The position numbers were made by a program, and so were the translations under genes. From an uncultured Thiotrichales bacterium (lineage in GTDB: Bacteria > Pseudomonadota > Gammaproteobacteria > UWMA-0217), in the NCBI GenBank assembly GCA_964596975.1, contig CAZQXF010000001.1:1-29925 (forward strand): a DNA stretch of 29,925 nucleotides. The letters are read 5' to 3'. How positions within the stretch are numbered: the stretch's first letter is position 1; each line of letters opens with the position of its first letter. Shown piece by piece: positions 19,482-29,708 of this stretch. Under the pieces are notes generated by a model. It did no database searches and was not told where the DNA came from. It was given only the letters and a program-made list of their open reading frames with translations.

Positions 19482-21189
19482 TCGCCTGTGGTTCTTCTGC
19501 CGTCTGCGGGCTAGGGTTCGACGTGTTGGGCGCAGCGGTGTTGTTGCCGTCGAGCAGTAGCAGTTTGGCGATTCGTCGATAGAGTGAATGGATGTGTTTG
19601 AAGGCTTCGATGACGTTGTTTTCGAGCCGGTAGGTGTCCATGTGATGGGGTGTCTCGACGGTCACGCGCTTGGCGAGATGCTGGCGTGTCTGTTCGATCA
19701 ACTGGTTGTAGCTGGCTTTGGCGTCGTTCACGGTTCTGGCCTTGTCGATATCGTTGTTGGTCAGTGCCTCGATGGTGAGTTGTCCCGTTTCCAGCAATGC
19801 ATCATGCAGCATCTTCAAGTGGTTGAAGGTTTCCGGGCTGATGTGCAGGTCTTTCTGTAGCCGTTGTTTACTGGCCTCGGTAATACTGGTTTCAACGACA
19901 TCACCGATGTTTTCCAGGTAGTTCGCCGCGCCGAGGTAGCGATAGAGTTGGCGTGGCTGGGGGTCGATCAGGTTCTGCTGTGACAGTTTGCCGAGAAAGC
20001 GGACGATGGCGTCGTGCAAGGCATCGACTTCATCGTCACGCTGCTGCAGCGAGTGGATGCGTTCGTGCGTCCCCATGGCGATGGCGGGCAGACTGTCGCG
20101 AACCATGTCGAGCGTGAATCCCCCAAGTCGTTGTAGTTCCAGTCGGGTACGATCCAGCGCCATCGTGGGTTCGTCGAGATAGTAGTCATCGATGTACTGC
20201 GGGGTCGCTGCCAATGCTTCGGTGACTGGCTTGACCGGAATCAGCCAGCTGACGATTCTTGCCAGCGTGCCGGTGAAGCCGATGAAGATCAGCAGGTTGG
20301 CGACATTGAACAGCGTATGGGCGTTGGCGATCTGGCGGGGTGCCGCGCCGATGATGTCCTCGCCGGGCGTCAGATCGCGCACAATATCGGCAAGATCCGG
20401 AATGAACCAAACCCAGATCAGTACCCCGAGCACATTGAACAGCACATGCACCACGGCGGCCTGAACCGCCTCGCGTGGCTTGCCGATCGCAGACATCAAC
20501 GCAGTGACACAGGTACCGATGTTCGCTCCCATCACCAGTGCGATGCCGGTTTCCAGCGAAATGAATCCCTGACTGGCCAGAATGATCACGATACCGGTGG
20601 TTGCCGATGAGCTTTGCACCAGCGCAGTGAAGCCTGCACCGATCAAAATGCCTGTCAAAGGCTGTTCGATGCTGCCCATCAGGTCGATGAAGGGCTGGTA
20701 GTTGCGCAGGGGTTCGGTGGCATGGGACATCAGGTTCATGCCAAGGAACAACAGGCCAAGCCCGAGCAGCATGGTGGCCAGCTGTTTGACGCGATGGTTT
20801 TTCGCCAGCAATTCGGTAAAGAAGCCGATGGCAACCATGGCCAGCGCGGCGTTGGTGACTTTGAAGGCGATGATCTGCGCGGTGATGGTGGTGCCAACAT
20901 TGGCGCCGAGAATCATGCCGATCGACTGGCTCAACGTCATCAGCCCCGCAGTGATGAAGCTGACGACGAGCACGGTTGTCACCGATGAGGACTGAATGAT
21001 CGCGGTGATGATGATCCCGGCAAGGGTGGCGGTAAAGCGGTTGCGCGTCATCGCGCCGAGCAGTTGTTTCATGCGTCGACCGGCGACCAGCTTGAGTGCT
21101 TCGGTCATGACACGCATGCCGTACAGGAATATCGCCAGCCCGCCGATCAGCGAGATGGTGACCTGAACGAAATCGATGTCAGCCTGCAT
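19441..21189 (-). CDS. Na+/phosphate cotransporter family protein with C-terminal PhoU-like helical domains
   Basis: Two QSSS repeats (IIQSSSVTT and LVQSSSATT), GANVGTT/GANIGT motifs, and a helical C-terminus with DDEVD and LENIGD. Confidence 0.92.
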   Translation of the reverse strand: MQADIDFVQVTISLIGGLAIFLYGMRVMTEALKLVAGRRMKQLLGAMTRNRFTATLAGIIITAIIQSSSVTTVLVVSFITAGLMTLSQSIGMILGANVGTTITAQIIAFKVTNAALAMVAIGFFTELLAKNHRVKQLATMLLGLGLLFLGMNLMSHATEPLRNYQPFIDLMGSIEQPLTGILIGAGFTALVQSSSATTGIVIILASQGFISLETGIALVMGANIGTCVTALMSAIGKPREAVQAAVVHVLFNVLGVLIWVWFIPDLADIVRDLTPGEDIIGAAPRQIANAHTLFNVANLLIFIGFTGTLARIVSWLIPVKPVTEALAATPQYIDDYYLDEPTMALDRTRLELQRLGGFTLDMVRDSLPAIAMGTHERIHSLQQRDDEVDALHDAIVRFLGKLSQQNLIDPQPRQLYRYLGAANYLENIGDVVETSITEASKQRLQKDLHISPETFNHLKMLHDALLETGQLTIEALTNNDIDKARTVNDAKASYNQLIEQTRQHLAKRVTVETPHHMDTYRLENNVIEAFKHIHSLYRRIAKLLLLDGNNTAAPNTSNPSPQTAEEPQATSSDADRVAAPAE

Positions 21190-21198
21190 GGGCTTGTC

Positions 21199-24100
21199 TC
21201 ACGGTGACGTTCCGGGCTGCTGGCGCGTATCGGCGGGGGATTCGATGCGAACGCTGAGGGGCTGCGCTGTGTCCAGGTGGACATCGGTCTGCGGAAAGGC
21301 AATGACGATCCCCGCCTCCTCGAACTTGCGGTTGATGATTTCGTTGACCTCACTGCGGGTGATGGTGCGGAATTCCATCGAATCGAGATAACTGCGCATG
21401 CGCAGCACCAGCGCGCTGTCGCCAAACTCCTCGAAGGTGATCAGTGGGGCGGGGTCGGTGAGTACGCGCGGGTGTTCTGCCGCCGCTTCGCGCATCAGGC
21501 TCAGCGCCAGCGCCACATCCGAGCCGTAGGCGACGCCGACGTCGATGGTGATGCGGTTGATCGGGTCGGTCAGCGTCCAGTTCAGCAGTCGCCCGGTGAC
21601 AAACTCTTTGTTCGGTACCAGCAACTCCTGGCGTTCCCAGTCACGGATCGTGGTGGCGCGGATGCGAATGCGCGAAACCGTACCCGTGGTCTCGCCAATG
21701 GTGACGACATCACCGACGCGAATCGGTCGCTCGAACAGCAGGATGATGCCGCTGACGAAGTTGGCGACGATCTCCTGCAAGCCAAAACCCAGGCCGACGC
21801 TCAATGCAGCGACCAGCCACTGGATGCTCGACCATTGCGTGCCGATGATCGAAAACGCGGCGATGATGCCGATGGCAACGATCAGGTATTGTGACAGCGT
21901 GGTGATGGCGTAACGCGCCCCGGCATCGATCGGCAGGCGTTGCAGCACCAGTATCTCCAGCAGCCCCGGAATGTTCTTCGCGGCCAGAATCGTGATGATG
22001 GTGACCAGCACACCGACACCCACATCGGCCAGGGTGACCGGCACTTCGGTGGAGATGCCGTCGACCAGCTCGGTGGTGGTGAAGGGCAGTTTCACGTTGT
22101 CCAGAAACTTCAGGGCGGGCAACAGGTCGGACCAGATCCACCAGAAGCCGATGATGCCGGCCATCATCAACAGGGCGCTGATGATGTGTTGCGCCTGGCT
22201 GCTGACCTGCTCGTAGAACTCGACTGAATCCTGCTCTTCCAGGCGCGTCAGTTCGGACTCGCACTCCTCGTCGCATTCGCCGCTGCGCTGCTTGCGCTGC
22301 TCATCACGCCGTTTGATAGCTTCCTGCCAGGCGATGCGCCGCTTCTCCATGAAGATCCAGCGCAGGAACAGGTCTTTTGCCAGCAGCAGCGCGGTCAGCA
22401 GCCAGATGCTGTAGAGCAGGCGCTGGGTCAATAGGCCAGCAGTGTAGTGGTAGCCGAGAATCGACAGGATGGCGAGGCTCAACGGCGTCAGCATCAGAAT
22501 CGGAAACCACAGAAAGCGGGTTTGCGTCAGCCAGTTGCGTGGCCGTTTGAGCTGCAAATAGGTCGTGATCGGGCTGGATACACTCAACATGCGCCAGGTG
22601 AAGATGGCCAGCGCCAGCATCATCGCCACCAGTGCTGGGCGCCCAATCGCCGGGATCAGGGGGGTGAACTCGACCGCAAGCGTGAATGCAATCAGGAATG
22701 ACAGTGGCGCGGTGGCCCATTTCAGCCAGCGCAGTTCCTTCCACAGTTGCCGCCGGATATTGTTTGGCCAGCGGAAATGGCGGTGGGCAAGACCGTCGGG
22801 ACGGCATAGTTGACGAATGAAGGCGACCGTGAACAGCACGGTCGCCATGGTGTACAAGCCTTCGCTGAGGGCTGTGGTGTAGGCCTCGCGCGACGGGATT
22901 TTGCCCAGCCACCAGCCGATGAAGCCCAGAAGCAGCGGCCATCCGGCACTGCGCAGCAGGGTGTACCACAGTGCCAGCAGGGTGTGGTGGTAGCGGTTTT
23001 TCTGCAGTCTTGAGGTTTCGCGCCCAATGGCGGTGATGCGATGGCCGGCCAGTGGTTGCAGCATCAGCACCAGCATGCCCAGTAGCAGGCCCGATACGGC
23101 GAGCAAGGGTCGTTGGCGGAAGCCATCCTGGATATCCCGCAAGCTGTTTTTCAAGCGTGTCGGCGACAGAATCGCCTTGGCCGCGCCCAGTTTGTCGTCG
23201 AGATGCTGGAAATTGACTGGCGTCGTGTTTCGCATCCAGAACAGCTTGCCGCGAATGAATTCTTCAAAACGGCTGCTGATTCGGCTGTAGTCGGCTTCTT
23301 CCTCGGCCAGTTCCAGCAGCCGGCTCGAATATTGCTGGTAGGCCTCCGCCAGCGAGGCGAGCAGCGTCTTGTGCATGCCGAGCAGCTTGCGGATATCGCT
23401 GCGCAGGCGTTTGCGGTTGTGCTCGTCTTCAAGCGCCTGCGGCGGCAATTTTTGCAGGATGGCATCGGTTGCGGCATCGATGTCGCGCAGCTTTTCGCGC
23501 TGCTCATCGATGTCGATCTGGCGGTCGGTGAGCGTATTCAGCAGTTCGCGGTTGCTGTCGGCCTGACTGCTACGCCGGATGGAGCGCACATGCTCCAGGC
23601 GCTTGCGCAGCATCCGCCCGATGGCGTCAGTCGTGCCAAACACCTCCAGCCGTGTCTGTACCGTTTTTTCGCTGTTTTCGAGAGCCTTGATGTCGCGCCG
23701 CAACTGTTGCAGTGCCTGCAGGTTGCGGGTGTTTTCTCCCAGTACGCGGTTCAGTTCCTCACTGAGCGCAATATTGGATTCGGCGAGCTGGCGCAGTGGT
23801 GCGGGCGCATTGTCGAGCTGTTCAAGCGTTTCGCGTGCCTGGGTCACTACCTCGGTGCCTTGTGCCTGCCGCAGGGTCTCGATGCGGTGCGTCAGTGCGG
23901 CAATGCGGTTTTCCAACTGCTGCACGTCGCGCTGGGCAAGGTCGAGGCGTCCTTTGTACAGTTCCGACAGCAGTTTTTCGTTGCTGAGTTGCCTTTCGTG
24001 CAGCTTGAGTTCGGTTTGGCGATGTTTTTCCTGGAGTTGCAGGGCTGTGAGGCGGGCTTTGTCCAGGTCGCCGTCATGGCCTTCGAGGCGCTGGTTTTCG

Positions 24101-24675
24101 ATTTCGCTATGCAGTTTCTCCAGCTGGCGTTTGTCTTCGGTGATCAGGTTGCGTAGCTGACGCTGGTTTTCCTCCCAGTCGGAGAGCTGCTGTTCCGCAG
24201 CGGCCTTCTTGTCACGCCGGCTGTCGAGCCGGATGCGTTCTTGCTGGGCCAGTTTTTCAAGCTTTTCCAGTGAACTGTTTTTCGGCAGGTCTGACAGCGG
24301 GTCGGCTTGCGGTGCTTTGGCCAGCTGCTGTTTGATTCGCTCCAGTTCGGCGGGGGCGCTGCGCAAGGTCTTTTGCAGCTCGCTCAGCTTGTCTTCGAGC
24401 GCCTCGATGGCCTGTTCGGCTTCGAGTGCCTGGCTCCAGGTGCTGACCAGCTGTTTGCGTGCGGCCTCGTCCAGCGCCGTGTTTTCCTTTGCCGAGTCGA
24501 TTTTGGCGTTGATCTCTGCTGTGCTGAGAACCTGGGCCAGGGCGCCAAGCATAGGCAGCATCATCAGTATCAGGAGCAAGCTCCAGCGAGCCGTGCAGGA
24601 TGGTTGATGGGGGCGTGGCGTGGATGCCCGGATGGTGGCGGGGGGAGCTGGGATCATGCCTTGATCATATTTCAT
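21199..24675 (-). CDS. Large MscS-family mechanosensitive channel (MscK/MscM-like)
   Basis: Signal-like N-terminus, long coiled-coil periplasmic region, multiple TMs, and MscS core ALSVGLGFGLQEIVANFVSGIILLFERPIRVGD, LLVPNK and IAFPQTDVH. Exact start is uncertain. Confidence 0.92.
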   Translation of the reverse strand: MKYDQGMIPAPPATIRASTPRPHQPSCTARWSLLLILMMLPMLGALAQVLSTAEINAKIDSAKENTALDEAARKQLVSTWSQALEAEQAIEALEDKLSELQKTLRSAPAELERIKQQLAKAPQADPLSDLPKNSSLEKLEKLAQQERIRLDSRRDKKAAAEQQLSDWEENQRQLRNLITEDKRQLEKLHSEIENQRLEGHDGDLDKARLTALQLQEKHRQTELKLHERQLSNEKLLSELYKGRLDLAQRDVQQLENRIAALTHRIETLRQAQGTEVVTQARETLEQLDNAPAPLRQLAESNIALSEELNRVLGENTRNLQALQQLRRDIKALENSEKTVQTRLEVFGTTDAIGRMLRKRLEHVRSIRRSSQADSNRELLNTLTDRQIDIDEQREKLRDIDAATDAILQKLPPQALEDEHNRKRLRSDIRKLLGMHKTLLASLAEAYQQYSSRLLELAEEEADYSRISSRFEEFIRGKLFWMRNTTPVNFQHLDDKLGAAKAILSPTRLKNSLRDIQDGFRQRPLLAVSGLLLGMLVLMLQPLAGHRITAIGRETSRLQKNRYHHTLLALWYTLLRSAGWPLLLGFIGWWLGKIPSREAYTTALSEGLYTMATVLFTVAFIRQLCRPDGLAHRHFRWPNNIRRQLWKELRWLKWATAPLSFLIAFTLAVEFTPLIPAIGRPALVAMMLALAIFTWRMLSVSSPITTYLQLKRPRNWLTQTRFLWFPILMLTPLSLAILSILGYHYTAGLLTQRLLYSIWLLTALLLAKDLFLRWIFMEKRRIAWQEAIKRRDEQRKQRSGECDEECESELTRLEEQDSVEFYEQVSSQAQHIISALLMMAGIIGFWWIWSDLLPALKFLDNVKLPFTTTELVDGISTEVPVTLADVGVGVLVTIITILAAKNIPGLLEILVLQRLPIDAGARYAITTLSQYLIVAIGIIAAFSIIGTQWSSIQWLVAALSVGLGFGLQEIVANFVSGIILLFERPIRVGDVVTIGETTGTVSRIRIRATTIRDWERQELLVPNKEFVTGRLLNWTLTDPINRITIDVGVAYGSDVALALSLMREAAAEHPRVLTDPAPLITFEEFGDSALVLRMRSYLDSMEFRTITRSEVNEIINRKFEEAGIVIAFPQTDVHLDTAQPLSVRIESPADTRQQPGTSP

Positions 24676-24824
24676 GGGTCATCAAAAGTTTAGTGACCTT
24701 CCATTCATCTGTGCATGAACGGTCAAAAATGTGGATTCGTGCAAGAAAGGCAGAGTAAAATCGCCCGCTACGCTCCGATCGGGCTGGCATCGTTTGGCAG
24801 GGGAGCAAACCGTTTTCAGGAGGG

Positions 24825-25277
24825 ATGTTTTCCATCGTTGGGCCAATTCCCAGAACTTGTCGCAATGTGGCAATGGATCTGCTGGCGCGTCGCGAGCATT
24901 CACGGCGTGAGTTGCAGACGAAGCTTGCGCAGCGGGATTTTCCGACCGATGAGATTACGGCGGCCCTCGATCGGCTTGAGGAGGATGGGCTGCTGAGTGA
25001 CCAGCGGTTCGCCGAAGCCTATGCGCGGCAACGGGTTGGCAAGGGCTATGGCCCGCTGCGCATACGTCAGGAGTTGCGGCAGCGGGGCGTCGATGACAGC
25101 TTGATTGCGGAGGCAATGGCGCCATGGTCGGGGCAGTGGCTGCAGGTGGCGGCTGCGCAGCACGACAAGCACTTCGGCCAGCAGCCACAGGATCAGCGCG
25201 AGCGGGCGCGGCAGAGTCGCTACTTGCAGAATCGTGGCTTCGATTTCGATGTGATCAGAGAAGTTATTTCGGACTAA
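24825..25277 (+). CDS. recX: Recombination regulator RecX
   Basis: Motifs [42 protein letters not shown] and YLQNRGF. Start is uncertain. Confidence 0.92.
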   Translation: MFSIVGPIPRTCRNVAMDLLARREHSRRELQTKLAQRDFPTDEITAALDRLEEDGLLSDQRFAEAYARQRVGKGYGPLRIRQELRQRGVDDSLIAEAMAPWSGQWLQVAAAQHDKHFGQQPQDQRERARQSRYLQNRGFDFDVIREVISD

Positions 25278-25281
25278 ATTT

Positions 25282-27915
25282 ATGAAAAGCAGTGCACAGA
25301 TCAGACGCGCATTTCTCGACTATTTCGTCGAGCGGGGCCATACCGAGGTGCCGTCCAGTTCGCTGGTGCCGGCCAATGACCCGACGCTGTTGTTCACCAA
25401 CGCCGGCATGGTCCAGTTCAAGGACACGTTTCTGGGGCTGGAAGAGCGTCCGTACAAGCGTGCCTGCTCATCTCAGCGCTGCGTTCGCGCCGGCGGCAAG
25501 CACAATGATCTGGAAAACGTTGGTTATACCGCGCGTCACCACACTTTCTTCGAAATGCTGGGCAACTTCAGCTTCGGTGACTATTTCAAGGAAGATGCGA
25601 TTCGCTATGCCTGGGAATTTCTCACCGAGGTCTGTGCCTTGGCGCCGGAAAAGCTGTGGGTGACGGTGTATGAGGACGACGATGAGGCGGCGGATATCTG
25701 GCTGCAACAGATCGGCGTCGACCCCGAGCGTTTCACGCGCATTGGTGACAAGCCCGGCGGCAAGCGCTACGAAAGCGACAACTTCTGGAGCATGGGCGAT
25801 ACCGGCCCCTGCGGTCCCTGCACCGAGATCTTCTACGATCATGGCACCGAGATTCCTGGTGGCCCGCCCGGTTCACCCGATGAAGATGGCGACCGCTATA
25901 TCGAGATCTGGAACCTCGTGTTCATGCAATACAACCGGGACAAGGATGGCAAGCTGACGCCACTGCCCAAGCCCTCGGTCGATACCGGCATGGGGCTGGA
26001 GCGGCTGGTGGCGGTATTGCAGGGTGTGCACAGCAATTACGAAATCGACCTGTTTCAGGCGCTGATCAAGGCGGCTGCCGAGGTGACCGGGGCGACTGAT
26101 CTGACGCATGCCTCGTTGAAGGTCATCGCCGACCATATCCGTTCTTGCAGCTTTCTGATCGTCGATGGCGTGTTGCCGTCGAACGAAGGGCGCGGTTACG
26201 TGCTGCGCCGGATCATCCGCCGCGCCATTCGTCATGGCCACAAGCTGGGTTGCGACGATCTGTTCTTTTACAAGCTGGTGCCCGTGCTGGTCGAGCAGAT
26301 GGGTGAGGCCTACCCGGAACTCACCAAGGCGGCCGATCGCGTTGCCGAAGTGCTGAAGCAGGAAGAGCAGCGCTTCCAGGAAACGCTGCACAAGGGTATG
26401 GGGCTATTGCAAGAGGCCATTGCCAAGGCATCGGATGGCGTGCTCGATGGCGATACAGCGTTCAAGCTCTATGACACCTATGGGTTTCCGGTGGATCTGA
26501 CTTCCGATGTGGCCCGCGAACATGGTCTCACGGTGGACATGGCGGCCTACGACAAGGCAATGGCCGCGCAGCGTGATCGGGCCCGGGCCGCCAGTAGTTT
26601 CGATGTCGATGATCATAGCGCGGCCATTGTTTCGCTGGGGCTGGGTACCGAATTCACTGGCTACGACCACTTGCGCGAGCAGTCGAAGGTGCAGGCGCTG
26701 GTGGCTGGCGGCAAGCCGGTCGATACCCTCGCCGAGGGAGACGAAGCTGTGATATTGCTGGCGACGACCCCGTTCTATGCTGAGTCTGGCGGACAGGTGG
26801 GCGATCAGGGTGAGATCCGCACCGCCGATGGCGCTGTGTTCAGCGTGACCGACACCAAGAAACAGGGCGATGCCTTTGCCCATATCGGCAAGGTGGTCAG
26901 CGGTGCTTTCAAGGTGGGGGATGAGGTCACTGCCGAGGTGGATGCGGCGCGGCGCCGGGCCATCGTGCTGAACCATTCTGCCACCCATCTGATGCACGCA
27001 GCCTTGCGCAGTGTGCTGGGTGAGCATGTGCAGCAGAAGGGCTCGCTGGTGACGCCTGAGCGGCTGCGCTTCGATTTTTCCCAGCCCGAACCGGTCACGC
27101 CTGAGCAGCTGCGTGAGGTGGAGCGGCTGGTGAATGAGGAGATCCGCCACAATCGCGCCGCACAGGTGCAGGAAATGTCGATGGACGATGCGCTGGAGGC
27201 GGGTGCCATGGCGCTGTTCGGGGAAAAGTACGGCGATCAGGTGCGGGTCGTGAATATTGGCTTTTCCACCGAGCTGTGTGGCGGTACGCATGTCGAGCGC
27301 GCCGGCGATATCGGCATGTTCAAGATCGTATCGGAATCCGGTATTGCGGCAGGGGTGCGGCGAATCGAATCCGTGACCGGTGCCGAGGCTTTGAGGCTGA
27401 TCGAGGAACAGGAGGCACGTCTGGCCCAGATTGCCTCGATGCTGAAATCCGATCCAGCCTCCGTCGACAAGCGCGTGGCACAGTTGGTCGAGCGCGAGCG
27501 GTCGCTGGAGCGCGAAGTCGCTGCCCTGAAAAGCAAGATAGCCAGCCAGGCCGGCAGCAGTCTTGTTGACAAGGCGCAGGAAATCCACGGTATCAAGGTG
27601 CTGGCGGCCAGTCTCGATGGCACCGATCCGAAGTCCCTGCGGGAAATGGCTGACAAACTCAAAAACCAGCTTGGCAAGGCCGTTGTCGTGCTGGCGGCCG
27701 TCAATGACGGCAAGGTCAGCCTCGTTGCCGGTGTGACCAAGGCTGAAACGGACAAACTGAAGGCAGGCGAGCTGGTCAATGTCGTGGCATCGCAGGTTGG
27801 TGGCAAGGGTGGTGGCAGGCCGGATATGGCAATGGCCGGGGGCAATGACCCTGCGGGCTTGCAGCAGGCGCTCGAGGTCGTTCCGGCCTGGGTAGAAGAG
27901 AAACTGGCAGGGTAG
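25282..27915 (+). CDS. alaS: Alanine--tRNA ligase
   Basis: Motifs [41 protein letters not shown], editing motifs HSATHLMH and ELCGGTH, and C-terminal [11 protein letters not shown]. Confidence 0.99.
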   Translation: MKSSAQIRRAFLDYFVERGHTEVPSSSLVPANDPTLLFTNAGMVQFKDTFLGLEERPYKRACSSQRCVRAGGKHNDLENVGYTARHHTFFEMLGNFSFGDYFKEDAIRYAWEFLTEVCALAPEKLWVTVYEDDDEAADIWLQQIGVDPERFTRIGDKPGGKRYESDNFWSMGDTGPCGPCTEIFYDHGTEIPGGPPGSPDEDGDRYIEIWNLVFMQYNRDKDGKLTPLPKPSVDTGMGLERLVAVLQGVHSNYEIDLFQALIKAAAEVTGATDLTHASLKVIADHIRSCSFLIVDGVLPSNEGRGYVLRRIIRRAIRHGHKLGCDDLFFYKLVPVLVEQMGEAYPELTKAADRVAEVLKQEEQRFQETLHKGMGLLQEAIAKASDGVLDGDTAFKLYDTYGFPVDLTSDVAREHGLTVDMAAYDKAMAAQRDRARAASSFDVDDHSAAIVSLGLGTEFTGYDHLREQSKVQALVAGGKPVDTLAEGDEAVILLATTPFYAESGGQVGDQGEIRTADGAVFSVTDTKKQGDAFAHIGKVVSGAFKVGDEVTAEVDAARRRAIVLNHSATHLMHAALRSVLGEHVQQKGSLVTPERLRFDFSQPEPVTPEQLREVERLVNEEIRHNRAAQVQEMSMDDALEAGAMALFGEKYGDQVRVVNIGFSTELCGGTHVERAGDIGMFKIVSESGIAAGVRRIESVTGAEALRLIEEQEARLAQIASMLKSDPASVDKRVAQLVERERSLEREVAALKSKIASQAGSSLVDKAQEIHGIKVLAASLDGTDPKSLREMADKLKNQLGKAVVVLAAVNDGKVSLVAGVTKAETDKLKAGELVNVVASQVGGKGGGRPDMAMAGGNDPAGLQQALEVVPAWVEEKLAG

Positions 27916-27919
27916 GCGC

Positions 27920-29146
27920 GTGGCACTGATCGTACAAAAATATGGTGGCACCTCGGTGGGTACGGTAGAACGCATCCAGGCGGTGGCCGACAAGCTCATC
28001 AAAACGAGGGATGCCGGCAACGAGGTGGTTGTCGTGGTCTCGGCAATGAGCGGCGAAACCAACCGGCTGCTGGGGCTGGCGCGAGAGATCACCGCCCACC
28101 CGGAAGGGCGCGAACTCGATGTGCTGCTCTCCACCGGCGAGCAGGTGACCATCGCGCTGTTGTCGATGGCGCTGGCGGAAAAAGGCGCCGAAGCGCGCTC
28201 TTATACCGGGGCGCAGGTACGCATCACCACCGATGAAGCGCACAACAAGGCGCGCATCAAGAAAATCGACCATCGCTGCATTTGCGACGATCTGAAGCAG
28301 GGCCGCATCGTTGTCGTGGCTGGTTTTCAGGGCGTTTCTGAAAATGGTCATATCACCACGCTCGGGCGAGGTGGCTCCGACACCACGGCCGTGGCGCTGG
28401 CAGCGGCACTGAAAGCGGATGAATGTCAGATCTATACCGATGTCGATGGCGTATATACCACCGACCCGCGGGTGGTGCCCAGTGCCAGAAGGCTTGAGAC
28501 CATCACCTTCGAGGAAATGCTGGAAATGGCCAGCCTGGGTTCGAAGGTCCTGCAGATTCGCGCGGTCGAATTCGCTGGTAAATACAATGTCCCGCTGCGT
28601 GTGCTGTCGAGTTTCGAGGATGGCCCGGGCACGTTAATCACAACAGAGGAACAGCAAGTGGAACAGGCGCTGATATCAGGCATCGCATTCAATCGCGACG
28701 AAGCGCAACTGACGATAACCGGGGTGCCCGATACGCCGGGTGTCGCCTATCAGATTCTTGGTCCGGTGTCGGATGCCAATATCGAAGTCGACATGATCGT
28801 GCAGAACATCGGCAGTGATGGCACCACCGACTTCACCTTTACCGTCAACCGTACGGACTACGACAAGGCGTTAAAAATCCTGCAAAAAGTTGCCAAAGAA
28901 CTTGGCGCACGGGCCTGTTCGGGTAACAATGAAATCGTCAAGATCTCCCTGGTGGGTGTCGGTATGCGTTCACATGCCGGCATCGCCGCGAAGATGTTCA
29001 AGGTACTGGCTGCAGAGGGGATCAACCTGCTGATGATCTCCACATCGGAAATCAAGGTTTCTGTTCTGGTGGAAGAAAAGTATCTTGAGCTGGGTGTACG
29101 GGTGCTGCATTCAGCCTTCGGGCTGGAAAATGAGACAGCCGCCTGA
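27920..29146 (+). CDS. lysC: Aspartate kinase (monofunctional, two ACT domains)
   Basis: Motifs [42 protein letters not shown] and ISTSEIKVS; GTG start. Confidence 0.97.
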   Translation: MALIVQKYGGTSVGTVERIQAVADKLIKTRDAGNEVVVVVSAMSGETNRLLGLAREITAHPEGRELDVLLSTGEQVTIALLSMALAEKGAEARSYTGAQVRITTDEAHNKARIKKIDHRCICDDLKQGRIVVVAGFQGVSENGHITTLGRGGSDTTAVALAAALKADECQIYTDVDGVYTTDPRVVPSARRLETITFEEMLEMASLGSKVLQIRAVEFAGKYNVPLRVLSSFEDGPGTLITTEEQQVEQALISGIAFNRDEAQLTITGVPDTPGVAYQILGPVSDANIEVDMIVQNIGSDGTTDFTFTVNRTDYDKALKILQKVAKELGARACSGNNEIVKISLVGVGMRSHAGIAAKMFKVLAAEGINLLMISTSEIKVSVLVEEKYLELGVRVLHSAFGLENETAA

Positions 29147-29304
29147 ATAATCCCGCTGCAGACGGATATGCATGTGAGGTCAAACCGATTCGAAGGTAAA
29201 TCGACTCGACACTCGAATCATATCCATGGATAGTGCGCTCGTCAGCCACCTATTAAACATATAAGGCTGATGACAATCATAACTTAGGAAAACAGGAGTG
29301 AGTC

Positions 29305-29499
29305 ATGTTGATACTAACGCGCCGCGTTGGAGAGACACTGATGATTGGTGACGACGTCGCCATTACAGTGTTGGGTGTAAAGGGCAACCAGGTAAGGGTA
29401 GGAATCAATGCCCCCAAGGAAGTCCCCGTCCATCGAGAAGAGATCTATCTTCGTATCAAGAATGAAGAGGAGAACGCGGCCAGTTCCGGCGAAAGCTGA
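29305..29499 (+). CDS. csrA: Carbon storage regulator CsrA/RsmA
   Basis: [18 protein letters not shown]...[20 protein letters not shown]; SD sequence CAGGAG. Confidence 0.98.
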   Translation: MLILTRRVGETLMIGDDVAITVLGVKGNQVRVGINAPKEVPVHREEIYLRIKNEEENAASSGES

Positions 29500-29516
29500 A
29501 ACGGTTCCTATCGGTA

Positions 29517-29608
29517 TTGATCGATGGCAGCAGGTAATCGATCAATGTCGGTGAACTGCCAATTCTGACTCTTTACGTGGGCGCACCAGGAATGTATCCT
29601 GTGCGCCC
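29517..29608 (+). other. Two hairpins between csrA and tRNA-Ser
   Basis: ATTGATCGAT-N11-ATCGATCAAT (29517-29547) and GGGCGCACCAGGA-atgta-TCCTGTGCGCCC (29579-29608). Confidence 0.5.
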
Positions 29609-29618
29609 TGTTGTTTCT

Positions 29619-29708
29619 GGAGAGCTGGCCGAGTGGCTGAAGGCGCACCCCTGCTAAGGGTGTATACGTTGACGCGTATCGAGGGTTCGAATCCCTCGCT
29701 CTCCGCCA
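29619..29708 (+). tRNA. tRNA-Ser (anticodon GCT), 90 nt with long variable arm, encoded CCA
   Basis: Acceptor stem GGAGAGC/GCTCTCC, anticodon arm CACCC-CTGCTAA-GGGTG, T-arm GAGGG-TTCGAAT-CCCTC, discriminator G followed by CCA. Confidence 0.98.

Noticed and set aside
24700-24824. recA remnant or SOS box upstream of recX
   Set aside because: No RecA-like translation in any listed frame and no CTGT-N8-ACAG.
26404-28152. 582-aa minus-strand ORF opposite alaS and lysC
   Set aside because: An antisense shadow of two well-supported genes.
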